A DNA stretch of 64,000 bases from Cyanobacteriota bacterium (GCA_033764955.1 JANRIL010000040.1:64001-128000); one strand, 5' to 3'; shown: positions 49,986-61,253, counted from the stretch's first letter. A program made the numbers and translations. The notes: a model not told the origin generated them from the letters alone.

Positions 49986-51218
49986 TCAAAAAACGGTTCC
50001 ATCACTGATAATTTGTAGGGGTGGGATCCCACCGGGACGCCGCTGTGCCGCCATCTGACGACCCGCCAGCCAGGTTCCTCCCTGAAGCACTTTCACCAGG
50101 GGCAACGATTGGCTGGTCAACCCCAAACTCTGGCGGATGACCTGAGCCACCTCATCCAAGAGACAAACCGTTAAAGCTCGCCACTCCACCACCAGCTCAG
50201 AACCCACCCAATGCGCCTGTTGGACGTGCGTCGGATCTCGGAGGGTGAGCAACCCTAGATCGAGAAAAAGGCCGCCATTGCGATATTCTGGTAAACCTGT
50301 CAAAGCATCAAGATCCGTGATGGATGCTCCCAATGCCTGGAGGGGCTCCAACAAGGAATAGGTTAACCATTGGGAGAGCTTGTGAAAAGGCACCCATTGG
50401 TGGTGAGGCTGGGATCCGCTAAGGGACGAGTGGAACCAGGCATCTCCCAAATTGACCCCTTGCCAGTGCAGCCGACCCGGCCAAATCGTGCCCAAACTAG
50501 CCATGACCGCATCAAAGACCGCCTGCGCTGAAATTGGGGATCCCGTTTGCCAAAGATAGTCCACCAGATAACCCAGACGCCCCGGAGCGCTGCCAAAGAA
50601 GGCTGGCTGATTGGTTAGCGCTTTGCCCAATTGCTGCAATAAATGCCAACGTCCCTCCAGCCCCACCAATGGATTCTCCGCGCTGACCTGCAATCCCACC
50701 GCCAACTGCTCTAGGGTGAGGTTTTGTAACCCCTGCCCATCCGTTTGCCAAGGAAAATCAGGACGGCTAGAAAAAGATCCTGTCTTAAATAGGTGAAAAC
50801 TGGCGATGGCTAAGCCTTCTGAGCGAGCATAGCGGGTTTGGGTGAGGGGATCCCAATAGCTCCAGCCCGCTCCGGCTCCCGCATCCAGCAACACACTGGG
50901 AATCACCCAGTCAAACTTGACTCTCGCCTTGTCTAGAGCCGATAGGGGGGGCAACTCCTGGTCTAGGTGCTGCCAACGATCCACACCTCCCACTTCTAGG
51001 TGTCGCCAGCGACTGTGAAAAGGGATATCAAGATCGGGATAATGACGGCGCATTGTTGCCACAACATAGTCCGCTACCCCTTGCATTTTGGAAGGATTCA
51101 CCCGAAAGTGCGGCAGATGATCGACACCAGCCAACTCAAAAAGCTGAAGGCAGCGGTCTCGAATCGCCGGAGCCGACAGCAGATAACGGACGGGATCCCC
51201 AGGATAATCTTCTGGCAT
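49986..51218 (-). CDS. URC4/urg3 family protein (DUF1688)
   Basis: IPFHSRWRH, SVLLDAGAG, RSEGLA.AS, FHKLSQWLTYSL, TGLPEYRNGGL and VEWRALTV. Confidence 0.9.
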   Translation of the reverse strand: MPEDYPGDPVRYLLSAPAIRDRCLQLFELAGVDHLPHFRVNPSKMQGVADYVVATMRRHYPDLDIPFHSRWRHLEVGGVDRWQHLDQELPPLSALDKARVKFDWVIPSVLLDAGAGAGWSYWDPLTQTRYARSEGLAIASFHLFKTGSFSSRPDFPWQTDGQGLQNLTLEQLAVGLQVSAENPLVGLEGRWHLLQQLGKALTNQPAFFGSAPGRLGYLVDYLWQTGSPISAQAVFDAVMASLGTIWPGRLHWQGVNLGDAWFHSSLSGSQPHHQWVPFHKLSQWLTYSLLEPLQALGASITDLDALTGLPEYRNGGLFLDLGLLTLRDPTHVQQAHWVGSELVVEWRALTVCLLDEVAQVIRQSLGLTSQSLPLVKVLQGGTWLAGRQMAAQRRPGGIPPLQIISDGTVF

Positions 51219-51231
51219 GGGATACCCAAAA

Positions 51232-51435
51232 CTAGTGGCCGGAACGACGCAATCCCATCACCACCGTATGGCGAAACTGCCAAAGCAAATTTCGTAGATA
51301 AAGGGAGAGATTGCGCTGGGAGAGACTTTGGTTTTTGAGGCGGACTAATTGACTCCGTTGCTGTAAGGAACGACTACGCAGATGAACGGCTTTCTGACGA
51401 GCCGCCAACAAACGACGGGAATCCAAATCAGTCAT
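51232..51435 (-). CDS. Possible small basic protein
   Basis: 67 aa ORF that fills the gap between co-oriented genes; no motif. Confidence 0.3.
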   Translation of the reverse strand: MTDLDSRRLLAARQKAVHLRSRSLQQRSQLVRLKNQSLSQRNLSLYLRNLLWQFRHTVVMGLRRSGH

Positions 51436-51482
51436 GCTGGCTCAGGGAGTAGGGATGTTTACGATTATACTCATCCGTCCTT

Positions 51483-51878
51483 CTAAGAAAGCCACTGTCC
51501 CCAGCGAGTCAGTTGATTCTGGTAGCGCCTCAACCACCCTCTCAACGAAGAGGGGTGGGGATGCTCCTGCCCCTCCTGCAAGCGCTCCCACAACACCCGC
51601 CCCAAGGGAGCAAGCCGATAGCTGTCGGTAATCCCCTGTCCATCCACCTCTCGCCGCAGGATCCCCACCTGGATCAGCCACATCAACTCATCATCCGCCT
51701 GTCGCTCCGATAGAACCTGTTGGGTCAACCCCGCCTGATAGCCCACTTGACCCGCAATCCGGCTGAGGGCAATTCCCCGCGCCGAGAGCGCCGCCAACAA
51801 CTCAACCCGAAACGGCGCGCACTGCCACGCCCGTAAAGCCCGTTCATAAATTTCTGCGGAATAGTCAAACTGAGACAT
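51483..51878 (-). CDS. Npun_F0494 family protein
   Basis: RA..C.PF..EL and LMWLIQVGILRREVDGQGITDSYRL. Confidence 0.85.
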   Translation of the reverse strand: MSQFDYSAEIYERALRAWQCAPFRVELLAALSARGIALSRIAGQVGYQAGLTQQVLSERQADDELMWLIQVGILRREVDGQGITDSYRLAPLGRVLWERLQEGQEHPHPSSLRGWLRRYQNQLTRWGQWLS

Positions 51879-51929
51879 CGTGCAGTTACCGTCCAGTTGG
51901 CTGGGAACTCTGTTACAATAGTTAATACT

Positions 51930-52205
51930 ATGATATTCATGATTGCGATTGTGATCGTCCTGGGTTTTTGGGCTTTGCGCCTGATGGAGCAAGCTTATGA
52001 ACAGCAGGAGTTTTCCAGGATGCTAGCCGGCGTCTTGGTGGTGGTGGCTGCCGGTGGGGTTTTGACCACCTACTTTTTGATGAGCGACTATTTCAGCTTT
52101 GTCCGACAGGGATCCCTCCTCCAGCAAACCGCCGAAACACCCCCTGTACAGGTGAGCTGGGCGGAGGATGGAGACTATTGGCGGGTAACGTCCCCCTTTC
52201 CTTAA
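51930..52205 (+). CDS. Small membrane hypothetical protein
   Basis: Two TM helices flanking LME.AY...EFS.ML.G. Confidence 0.6.
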   Translation: MIFMIAIVIVLGFWALRLMEQAYEQQEFSRMLAGVLVVVAAGGVLTTYFLMSDYFSFVRQGSLLQQTAETPPVQVSWAEDGDYWRVTSPFP

Positions 52206-52374
52206 CGTTTGCTGCTTCCTAGCCTTGTCCTTCCATAAAGAGAGTGGATCCTTTCAAGTCTTCTCGATCTACCCGATTCTCATCTGGTCAAGGTGGGCAG
52301 AAGGGATCCCCCACTAGAATGGGGAGAGGGCGGGATCCCTCTGCCGCCCCCCTCAGTGGATCTAAGGAGAAGAT

Positions 52375-52800
52375 ATGCGTATTTTGCATACTATGCTGCG
52401 AGTGGGCAACCTGGAGCGGTCGTTGGCTTTTTACTGTGATGTCTTAGGGATGAAACTGCTGCGCCGCAGTGATTATCCGGCGGGTGAATTTACCCTCGCT
52501 TTCGTTGGGTATGGAACGGAATCGGAGGGAGCCGTGCTGGAGCTGACCTATAACTGGGGCACCGATCACTACGACTTGGGCAACGGCTATGGTCACATTG
52601 CCCTAGGGGTGGATGATATCTACGCAACCTGCACCGCCATTGCCGACAAAGGGGGCAAAATTACCCGTCCTCCTGGTCCGATGAAACATGGCTCTACTGT
52701 CCTCGCTTTTGTGGAGGATCCGGATGGCTACAAGATTGAACTGATCCAGGTGAGGCTAAATCCGAACCATCAGCCTGCTCAGGTTGCCGCGGTTTCTTGA
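52375..52800 (+). CDS. gloA: Lactoylglutathione lyase (glyoxalase I)
   Basis: [30 protein letters not shown] and [11 protein letters not shown]. Confidence 0.97.
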   Translation: MRILHTMLRVGNLERSLAFYCDVLGMKLLRRSDYPAGEFTLAFVGYGTESEGAVLELTYNWGTDHYDLGNGYGHIALGVDDIYATCTAIADKGGKITRPPGPMKHGSTVLAFVEDPDGYKIELIQVRLNPNHQPAQVAAVS

Positions 52801-52862
52801 GGAGTCCCTCCGCTCCCGTGGTTCTCAATAGGGATCCCCGTGTCTAGCCGCAGGGGTTTTGT

Positions 52863-53985
52863 TCAGGCAATGGCTTTTTGCTGTTCCTGTCGTAGATAGG
52901 CTTGGATGAAGGCCATGATTGGCTCAGGATCCCCATTCATAAAGGCATCTACGTTATAAGTCTCTGCGTTGGTGCGATGATCTTTGATCAGTTTGTAGGG
53001 GTCAAAGGTATAGGTGCGAATCCGTCCTCCAAACCCCTGAGTGACCATCTCTCCCCGAATTTCGGCTAGCTTCTGCCGCCGTTTTTCCTCCTCTAGCTCA
53101 ATCAATTTGGCCTGCAAAATCTGGATGGCTCGCTCTTTATTTTGTAGCTGGGATCGTTCTTCGGTGCAGCGCACCGCCAGCCCCGTCGGTTTGTGGATGA
53201 CGCGCACCGCCGTCTCGACTTTATTGACGTTTTGCCCTCCTGCTCCCCCCGATCGGGAGGTTTCAAATTCGAGATCCTCCGGTTTGATGACAAACTTACC
53301 CTCATCCGCCACAATCGGCATAATTTCTACCCCCGCAAAGCTGGTCTGCCGCTTACCGTTAGCGTTAAAGGGACTGATCCGCTCCATGCGATGGTTGCCT
53401 TTTTCGGCGGAAAGATAGCCATAAGCATAGCGCCCCTCGATCATCAGGGTGGCTGACTTGATACCCGCCTCACTCCCCTCGGAATACTCCGACAGACTAA
53501 CCTTGTAGCCCTGATTCTCCCCCCAACGGGTATACATTTTCAGGAGCATTTCCGCCCAATCTTGGGCGTCGGTTCCGCCTGCTCCGGCGGTGATGGTCAA
53601 AATCGCCCCGTGATCATCGTAGGGACCTGACAACAGTTGCTGCAACTCCCACCGATCCAAGCCCCTCGCCACCTGCCCAAGCACCTGCTCCATCTCTGCG
53701 AGAAGATCGGGATCCGCTTCCACTTGCAGCATCTCTAGGGCAGCTTCCGCATCCGCCAACTGGCTTTGCCAGCGATGCACTTGCTCCCAGGTGCTCTTCA
53801 AATCCGTCAGTTTTTGCATCTCACGACGAGCCGCCTCCGCATCCTCCCAAAAGCCGGGATCCGAAGCCTCCTGTTCCATCACCGCGATTTGCTCAGCTAT
53901 GTTGGGCAAGTCAAAGATAGTCCTGAGCATCGCTCAGGCGGTTAGTGAGGACAGTGTGGCGGCGTTTGAGTTCAAAAAGTTCCAT
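52863..53985 (-). CDS. prfB: Peptide chain release factor 2 (+1 programmed frameshift)
   Basis: ATG at 53985 gives [24 protein letters not shown], then CTT TGA C at 53916-53910; the +1 frame continues DLPNIAE... with SPF and GGQ motifs. Confidence 0.95.
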
Positions 53986-54083
53986 AACTTGTTAGGGTCC
54001 AAACCTGTGGACGGAAGGAGAGGGATCTCTACTTTACGGCAGGGATCCCCCACGAGGCCATGTCTTGCCCAGAATGAAACAGT

Positions 54084-55067
54084 TCAATTGGAAGTGGATC
54101 CCATTGGATCGGGACGATGGTTGGTGGTGGGGATATAAATCCGGCTACCTGCCCATTGCAGTTTTTCGCGGAGGGTGCGGAAGTAGGACAACTGCCGTTC
54201 CAGAATCACCATCTTAGCCATGTGGGGAGCCTGGCGGATCTCCACCCATTGCCCAGGATTGACACTTTGCGCGGCCACCCCATCCGTCCAGAGGCGGGTC
54301 AAGCCTTCGGGATCCGAAAGCGGCCAAATCTCCACCCGCACATCCCCACCAATCACAATCGGGCGGCTGGATAAACTGAGGGGGCAGATAGGGGTAATCG
54401 TGATCACGTCCAATTCGGGGGCAATGATCGGGCCATTGGCGGCTACGGTATAGGAGGTCGTACCCGTTGGGGTAGCCACCAACACCCCATCCCCGTGATA
54501 CTGATCCAAAATTTCTCCGTTCACCTCGATTTCCATAATCGCCGAGGGCAAACGGGTTTTGCTGGTGGGTTTGAGACACATCTCATTCAAACAATAAAAC
54601 ACCTCGCTGACGGACTGGCGCCGCCGATGGCTCCCCCCCTGCCCCGGCACGGGATCCCCCTGCCCCAGTTGTACCTGCTCTTGAATTTCTGCCTGAAGCA
54701 TCATGCGCGACTGCCAGACAAAATCATCGGCGGCAATCCGCTCCCAGGGATCCTCCTGCAACACCTGCGCGGACTGAGCCAAAAAGCCCAGATGTCCCCC
54801 CGCTTTCACCGGCAAAATCGGGATGCCAAAGGGAGCCAGATAGCGAGCCGCCGCCAGCACCGAGCCATCTCCCCCCAACACCACCGCCAGATCAATCGGC
54901 TCGGAGGTGGCCTCCAGAAACACCGGATAAGGATTGTGATAGGTGCCCGTCGGAGCCGTCAACACCGTCACCCCCCGTTGACGCAATTGCTCAGCACACA
55001 CCTGACAGGCGGTTTTGCTGGTATAGTCTCCCTCTTTGTAGGCAATCACAACTTGATGCAGATGCAT
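54084..55067 (-). CDS. nadK: NAD(+) kinase
   Basis: VLGGDGSVL, GHLGFL, LNE and GDGVLVATPTGTTSY. Confidence 0.92.
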   Translation of the reverse strand: MHLHQVVIAYKEGDYTSKTACQVCAEQLRQRGVTVLTAPTGTYHNPYPVFLEATSEPIDLAVVLGGDGSVLAAARYLAPFGIPILPVKAGGHLGFLAQSAQVLQEDPWERIAADDFVWQSRMMLQAEIQEQVQLGQGDPVPGQGGSHRRRQSVSEVFYCLNEMCLKPTSKTRLPSAIMEIEVNGEILDQYHGDGVLVATPTGTTSYTVAANGPIIAPELDVITITPICPLSLSSRPIVIGGDVRVEIWPLSDPEGLTRLWTDGVAAQSVNPGQWVEIRQAPHMAKMVILERQLSYFRTLREKLQWAGSRIYIPTTNHRPDPMGSTSN

Positions 55068-55651
55068 GGGATCCCTTGATGGTGTGCAGATAGTGGCGGG
55101 CGACTGGAAGCCAATGACAATTTAATGACAATTTATAGCTGGCGACCCCTCAGGCGTGACGATCATCACAGCTAACCCTCGATAGCTATCACTGTTGCCG
55201 GATGGATCCACCTTCTATCTTCATAGAAGAGAGTCTTTTCGCCACTACCCTCAGGATAAGAACACGATGGCCAGTCTCGGCATGGACATTCAGCTACTCT
55301 GGACAATTCTGGGCATACCCAAACGGACAACCCTTCTCAAGCGGTTGTGGCTCCTAGCCGTCCAAAAGTATTGGATTGGTTGGGATCTCTGCGGTTGGTG
55401 GCAGACGTGCCGCCCACTGCTCTGGCTTGGATGTGGCCTCAAGATTGACTAGCCGCATGGATGCTTGGGCAACGTTGACGATGCAGAGGCGATCAATCAC
55501 AGGCGATCCATCACAGACCCAAAAGTAGACCTTTAATTATGACAAGCCCTTCCGGTTCGATCTATCGTGGTCTAGAAGCATCTCCTTTATCATTGGATAG
55601 TTTTCTGGATATTTTCTGGATAGTTGTGCTCCCTAAATTTCCCCAAAGATT

Positions 55652-58240
55652 ATGGCTACTGATGATCTAATTGGCAAAATCATCGACAACCGCTATCGCT
55701 TGACCGAAGTGGTGGGGGGTGGCGGTATGGGTTGTGTCTACAAAGCTGAAGACACAAAACTACACAATCGTGTGGTTGCCATTAAGGTTCTCTACCAAAA
55801 TATGTCGGGGGGGGATCTAACTCGCAAGCACCTACGCGACCGTTTCTCCGAAGAGATCCGCATCAGTATTTTGTTGGGGGAACACCCGCGCATCATCAAA
55901 GTTTTTGATCACGGATTGGAGGCGGATCAACCCTACCTGGTGATGGAATATCTGAGGGGAATCGATCTCTCGGTTTTGATCAAGCAAAAGAAAGATCTGG
56001 ATTTGTTAAGAATCGTGAGGATTGCTACCCAGATCTGTGATGGGCTGCACCATGCCCATTGTTTTGAGACCACCCTAGACGGGCGACAGATTAAAGGGGT
56101 TGTTCATCGAGATATCAAACCCAGTAACATTTTTATTTTGAACGAGCGGGGGATTGGCGAAACCGTGAAAGTCCTTGACTTTGGGGTAGCCAAGACAGTT
56201 TCCGATTTATCCGTGAGTATGGGAACCCAAAAGATGGGGGGATTTATTGGGACTGTGCGCTACGCTTCCCCCGAACAACTCAAGGGGAAGGTGCTGGATG
56301 CTCGTTCCGATATTTACTCCTTGGGTATTGTCCTCTACGAAATGTTGACGGGCAACATGCCCTATATCCCGGAAACGGATTCCTTCCCTGGCTGGTATGA
56401 AGCTCATAATTTCAAGGATCCTCGTCCCTTCACAGGCGTGGGCTGGGCACGTCCTATTCCCCCCAGTTTGCAAGCGGTAGTGCTGGATTGTCTGCAAAAG
56501 GATCCCAATCAGCGCCCCCCATCCATGCAGGTTTTGAGTGAACGGCTAGAGTCTGCCCTCAGCCAAGCCGCCCAAGAAACACAACTGCCCGGTCAATGGG
56601 TTGCTCCCCTCGGTTATGGGGATGGAGGGGATCCTCAGGTAGCTCCCGCCACAACCCCCCTAGGAAATTTGGCAGACAAACCCCCGATCAGTCCGGTGGT
56701 GCCCGTCGGCCCCCATAGTCCTAACTCCAATTTAGGGGGCTATCAATTTGGGGATCGAGATGCTGAACCCTTGCCGATTGGGGAATGGGAAGCCGGTGAG
56801 ATGTGGGATCCCCTCACGTCTGACGCTTCAGGAGGAGCGGTGTCCATCGGGGACAGTGAAAAGCAACCCCCCACCCTGACCCTACCGCCCATTGAACAGC
56901 GCCACACCAGCCCTCCCCAGCCCAGCCCCGCGCAGCCTCGCTCAGCCCAACTTAGCCCAGTGCCATCCGAGCCAATTGTGAAAATTGCGCCTGCCCTTCC
57001 TGCCTCGGTGGTTAAGCCTATCTCCACTCCGCAAGCCAACATTCCCTCCTCTGCTCAGCCTGTGGGTAGTCCTGTCGCCGCGACTCCTATCACGGATGCT
57101 ACTATTCCCCACAAACGTCCCCCCGCCCATACCCAAGGGATCCCTACCCTGATTCTGGATAAACGACCCGCCCAACCCTGGGGATGGATAGCCGCCATCC
57201 TGGTGGCCGGGGTGGGATCCCTGACGCTTGCCCGCATGGTTCCTTGGGGAGAACTGACGGAGAAATATTTTTCGGGATCGACCCCCATCCCAACCCGTCA
57301 GCCCCAACCCACCCCCACCACTTCTCCGGTAGCTAGTCTCCCCAACCCGATGACTTCTGCGGGATCCCCGTCACCTGCCGCCGCTAGCCCCCTCCCCACC
57401 GCCACGCCCCTAGCGGCTAACCCCTCCCCCACCGCCACGCCGGTTCCCCTGCCGACCCCCCCCAAGCCCAAGCCTCCCATTGCGTTGAAAGACTATTACC
57501 GTGAACTGGACAAAGTGGCCCAAGCATCGGTAGCCAACCGCAATTGCCAGCCTACTATTGATTTGATCGATAAGATTTTGTTTGACTATCCAGACCAGCA
57601 GGCCAGCCTCAACAAGTATTGGGTAGAACTCAAGCCCCGCTGTCAGGCCACCCCACCCCCACCCCCACCGACCCCTGCCCCCACCTCGCCTCCTACTCCC
57701 ACTCCCACTCCTCCTCCGACCTCAACACCGCCGCCTGCAACTCCTCTTTCCACACCCGCAACACCTACTTCCCCCCCCCCAGCGACCTCAACCCCAATTC
57801 CCAGGCTGAGTCCGCTCATTCCCAAGACGACTGTGCCACCTGCTACTCCGGCTGCCACCCCCACTCCGGTTCCGCTTGCGGTGGCTACCCTCCCTCCTAC
57901 CCCAGAAACTCAACCCCTCAACTTGACGGGCACTTGGACTTATCGCGGGGGGGTCTTTGCGTGGCCCAACGCCAGTCAGTGCCGCGTCGATGTTACTGGT
58001 GGACGGCAACTAGCGGTAACGATTTCTCAAGACGGCGGCAACCTGAGTGCCAGCTATGGAACCACCCGTCCCCGCTCTGGTACCTTGCAGGGCAATTCGG
58101 TAACGATTAGTGGCAAGATTGATCTGGGATCCCCAGAGATTATCTGGAATGGAACCGTCAGCCCCGATGGAAAGACCATCTCCGGCACCGCCACCTGTAA
58201 AAATGCTTCTTTTCCCATCACCTTGACACGGGGATCCTAG
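55652..58240 (+). CDS. Hanks-type Ser/Thr protein kinase with TM segment and Pro/Thr-rich extracytoplasmic region
   Basis: GGGGMG.VY, VAIK, HRDIKPSN, DFG, YASPEQ and SDIYSLG; central TM helix; Pro-rich linkers. Confidence 0.93.
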   Translation: MATDDLIGKIIDNRYRLTEVVGGGGMGCVYKAEDTKLHNRVVAIKVLYQNMSGGDLTRKHLRDRFSEEIRISILLGEHPRIIKVFDHGLEADQPYLVMEYLRGIDLSVLIKQKKDLDLLRIVRIATQICDGLHHAHCFETTLDGRQIKGVVHRDIKPSNIFILNERGIGETVKVLDFGVAKTVSDLSVSMGTQKMGGFIGTVRYASPEQLKGKVLDARSDIYSLGIVLYEMLTGNMPYIPETDSFPGWYEAHNFKDPRPFTGVGWARPIPPSLQAVVLDCLQKDPNQRPPSMQVLSERLESALSQAAQETQLPGQWVAPLGYGDGGDPQVAPATTPLGNLADKPPISPVVPVGPHSPNSNLGGYQFGDRDAEPLPIGEWEAGEMWDPLTSDASGGAVSIGDSEKQPPTLTLPPIEQRHTSPPQPSPAQPRSAQLSPVPSEPIVKIAPALPASVVKPISTPQANIPSSAQPVGSPVAATPITDATIPHKRPPAHTQGIPTLILDKRPAQPWGWIAAILVAGVGSLTLARMVPWGELTEKYFSGSTPIPTRQPQPTPTTSPVASLPNPMTSAGSPSPAAASPLPTATPLAANPSPTATPVPLPTPPKPKPPIALKDYYRELDKVAQASVANRNCQPTIDLIDKILFDYPDQQASLNKYWVELKPRCQATPPPPPPTPAPTSPPTPTPTPPPTSTPPPATPLSTPATPTSPPPATSTPIPRLSPLIPKTTVPPATPAATPTPVPLAVATLPPTPETQPLNLTGTWTYRGGVFAWPNASQCRVDVTGGRQLAVTISQDGGNLSASYGTTRPRSGTLQGNSVTISGKIDLGSPEIIWNGTVSPDGKTISGTATCKNASFPITLTRGS

Positions 58241-58253
58241 TCTCCGCCGAGCC

Positions 58254-59123
58254 TTGCCCGAAATTGCTTTACGGGGTGTGCCCCATTACTACCAGTGGAT
58301 CACCGACCAGGGAGATGCACGGGATCCCCTTAGCCAGAAACCTGTCCTGCTGTTTGTGCATGGGTGGGGAGGCTCCAGTCGGTATTGGCAATCTACCGCT
58401 CACGCACTGGTGACAAGCTATGATTGCCTACTCTACGATTTACGGGGCTTTGGCCGTAGCCAGGCGGCTGCCAGTAGCCCCCGTGATCCGATCTATGAAA
58501 TGGGCTATTATGCCGCCGAATTGAGCGATCTCATCCATCAGCTTGGCTTAGGCAGTGTGATCATCAATGCCCATTCGATGGGAGCCTCGCTAGCGACGTT
58601 GTTGGCGGCGCGCGCTCCTGAGCAAGTTCGGCAGTTGATTCTGACCTGTAGCGGCATCTTTGCCTACAACCCCGTTACCTTTCCCCTCTTTCATCAGATT
58701 GGCGGAGGAGTGGTAAGCATCCGTCCCCGTTGGCTAGGCCGCATCCCTGGCATGGATCGCTTATTTATGGCACGTTTTTTGCATCGCCCCCTACCTTTTG
58801 CTTTTCGGCAAGCCTTTTTAGAGGACTATCTCAACGCCGATCAGACCACGTTATTGGGCACCATCTACACAGCAGTCAGCCAACAGGCCAGCCAAGAAAT
58901 GCCCAGTGCTTTTGCTCAGTTAGGGATCCCTACGCTCCTGATTGCAGGAGAAAAAGATATCATTATTCCCACCCAATTAGGCCAAGCCGCCGCCCGCCTC
59001 AACCCGATTATTCAATACGTTGAAATTCCCAGAACCGCCCACTTTCCCATGCTAGAAGATAGCTCCGCTTATCTGTCGATTGTTCAAGCCTTTCTATCCC
59101 AAGGGGATCCCCTAACTGCTTAA
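58254..59123 (+). CDS. Alpha/beta hydrolase
   Basis: VHGWGGS, YDLRGFGRS, HSMG and HFPMLE. Confidence 0.9.
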   Translation: MPEIALRGVPHYYQWITDQGDARDPLSQKPVLLFVHGWGGSSRYWQSTAHALVTSYDCLLYDLRGFGRSQAAASSPRDPIYEMGYYAAELSDLIHQLGLGSVIINAHSMGASLATLLAARAPEQVRQLILTCSGIFAYNPVTFPLFHQIGGGVVSIRPRWLGRIPGMDRLFMARFLHRPLPFAFRQAFLEDYLNADQTTLLGTIYTAVSQQASQEMPSAFAQLGIPTLLIAGEKDIIIPTQLGQAAARLNPIIQYVEIPRTAHFPMLEDSSAYLSIVQAFLSQGDPLTA

Positions 59124-59150
59124 TAATGATGGCCTGTTCTCTCCTGATTT

Positions 59151-59615
59151 TTAGGTCTCGCTCGATGGAGATGGATCACAACGGATCTCCAGCAACAACC
59201 CATCGGGATCATAAAAATAGATTCCTCGTCCCGTGGGGCGTTGAATTGGGCCATGATCAATAACAACCTGATGGTCATGCAAAACCTTGACAGCATAGTC
59301 AAACATGTCAGGATCAATATCAAAAGCAAGATGGCTAATTCGTGTAAATTGCTGGGTTGGATCTGGGTGAGGAGGGTAAAGATCCGGCTCAGAAAACAGA
59401 TCTAAAACTAGCCCGTCTCCCATCACAAAGTTACATACCTTTCCAGCCGCTACTAAATCGACCAACGTGGATGGGATCCCTGCCCCTGTTAACTCTGTCA
59501 ACCCTAAGACTTCTCCATAAAAATGCCTAGATGCCTTCATATCTCGAACATTCAGAGCAATATGATGCACCTTTCGCAAACCGTTCTTACTGAGAGTTAC
59601 TGGTGGTGTCTGCAT
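59151..59615 (-). CDS. VOC/glyoxalase family protein
   Basis: VHHIALNV.D...S..FY, HLAF and YFYDPDG..LE; start uncertain. Confidence 0.85.
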   Translation of the reverse strand: MQTPPVTLSKNGLRKVHHIALNVRDMKASRHFYGEVLGLTELTGAGIPSTLVDLVAAGKVCNFVMGDGLVLDLFSEPDLYPPHPDPTQQFTRISHLAFDIDPDMFDYAVKVLHDHQVVIDHGPIQRPTGRGIYFYDPDGLLLEIRCDPSPSSET

Positions 59616-59684
59616 AAAGACCTGCATAAAAACTATAGAGGCAGATGGGAGTTTGCAGAATCTGACAACTATTCGACACGGCAA

Positions 59685-60701
59685 CTATCCCAAGCTATTA
59701 AGTCGATAAACTAATTGCCAAAGGCGGCCAAAGTTACGTTGATTAAAAGACATCGCTAGACGAGGTAAATGGGCGATCTCTGGTTCATCCTCTTCAGGAA
59801 AAGCGGCACACTGCCAGATGGATCCCGACTCTAAGATATCGGAAAACTCATCATTGAGAATATGCAAAGCCTCTTCAGAAAGGGGTGTATTGATCCGTAA
59901 TACCAACAAATCTTTGATGTAGCGATTGCTATGAAAAATGTGGTAAAAATTAGTGACATGATGACAGGCTCCCTCTACACTGTCCGTCAGGGTATAGAGG
60001 CTCAAATCTTCAGGACTAATCAGAGATCGCACCAAAACATGCTCTCGGATGTATTGATCCCATTCTTGCCAATAACGACCATTTGGTTTGTCAACCAACA
60101 CCAACGGCATCAGCTTGGTTTTACCCGTTTGCATCAAGGTCAAACACTCAAAGGCTTCATCTTGGGTGCCAAAACCCCCCGGAAAAAGCACAACGGCATC
60201 GCTCTCTTTTACAAAAAATAACTTGCGGGAGAAGAAGTACTTAAAATTAATCACCCGATCACTGGCGGCTAAGACTGGATTGGCCATTTGCTCAAAGGGC
60301 AGTTGAATATTGAGGCCAAAAGTATTTTCCAGTCCTGCCCCACGATTGCCTGCCTCCATGATGCCGCCCCCTCCCCCAGTCAGCACCATAAACCCCTGCT
60401 GACTAATCTGATAGGCAAAAGCTACAGCCTGTTGATATTCAGGAGTGGTGGGTTCTAGACGGGCAGAACCGAAAATCGTCAGCTTACGCTGTTGCCGATA
60501 ATGGTGAAAAGCGGCAAAGCCCTGCTCCAGATCCTCAAGGGTCGCCGCCAAGATTTTGGCATCCAAACGACTCAGCCCCAGAGTGTACATCTTGAGCAGG
60601 GAATGAAATGAGCGCAACCAAAACCCCTGGTTGGGATCTTGGTGCAGTTGCTCAAGCTCCTGCTGCAATGCTTGCAGCAGATTAGAGATCTCTTGTGTCA
60701 A
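59685..60701 (-). CDS. LOG family (TIGR00730-like) nucleotide-binding protein
   Basis: TIFGSAR, TGGGGGIMEAGNRGA, LNIQLPFEQ and PGGFGTQDE. Confidence 0.9.
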   Translation of the reverse strand: MTQEISNLLQALQQELEQLHQDPNQGFWLRSFHSLLKMYTLGLSRLDAKILAATLEDLEQGFAAFHHYRQQRKLTIFGSARLEPTTPEYQQAVAFAYQISQQGFMVLTGGGGGIMEAGNRGAGLENTFGLNIQLPFEQMANPVLAASDRVINFKYFFSRKLFFVKESDAVVLFPGGFGTQDEAFECLTLMQTGKTKLMPLVLVDKPNGRYWQEWDQYIREHVLVRSLISPEDLSLYTLTDSVEGACHHVTNFYHIFHSNRYIKDLLVLRINTPLSEEALHILNDEFSDILESGSIWQCAAFPEEDEPEIAHLPRLAMSFNQRNFGRLWQLVYRLNSLG

Positions 60702-60911
60702 CCAAGCAACCAGAATTCATCTGTAAATTACTTTAATTCTAGCTACCCACCAAAACTTCACTGATTTGGGCGTAGTTGCATAAAGTAATCATTCTGACCG
60801 AAAGAACCACTTCAGACCCAAAAGTTGCTTGAATCTGAAGTATGCAAATTCAGTTCCAGGAGTTTTACCTCAGCCAACCCACAAAAACTCTCCCCATCTT
60901 GCTGGTTGAGT

Positions 60912-61253
60912 TCAGGCTGTAGCTTCTGCATTGAGGTGACGTTCTAGAGTGCTGGCAAGGGTAGCCTTGGGAACCGCCCCTACGACCACATCAACTTTCT
61001 GCCCACCCTTGAAAATCATTAAGGTTGGAATACTGCGGATCCCGTACTGGCTGGCAGTTTGAGGGTTTTCGTCCGTATTGATTTTGACAACTTTGATCTT
61101 GCCCTCGTATTGCTCGGCGATCTCTTGGACAACGGGAGCAACCATTCGGCAGGGGCCACACCAGGGAGCCCAAAAATCGACGAGGACAGGCATTTCGCTG
61201 CCCAAAACTTCTTGCTCAAAGGTGGCATCAGCGATATCGACGGCGGCGGACAT
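60912..61253 (-). CDS. trxA: Thioredoxin (m-type)
   Basis: [16 protein letters not shown] and YGIRSIPTL. Confidence 0.96.
   Translation of the reverse strand: MSAAVDIADATFEQEVLGSEMPVLVDFWAPWCGPCRMVAPVVQEIAEQYEGKIKVVKINTDENPQTASQYGIRSIPTLMIFKGGQKVDVVVGAVPKATLASTLERHLNAEATA

Noticed and set aside
55080..55650. ORF 55195-55452 and small tandem duplications (AATGACAATTT x2, TTTTCTGGATA x2)
   Set aside because: The ORF has no protein-like features; the duplications look like ordinary slippage or unassignable promoter elements
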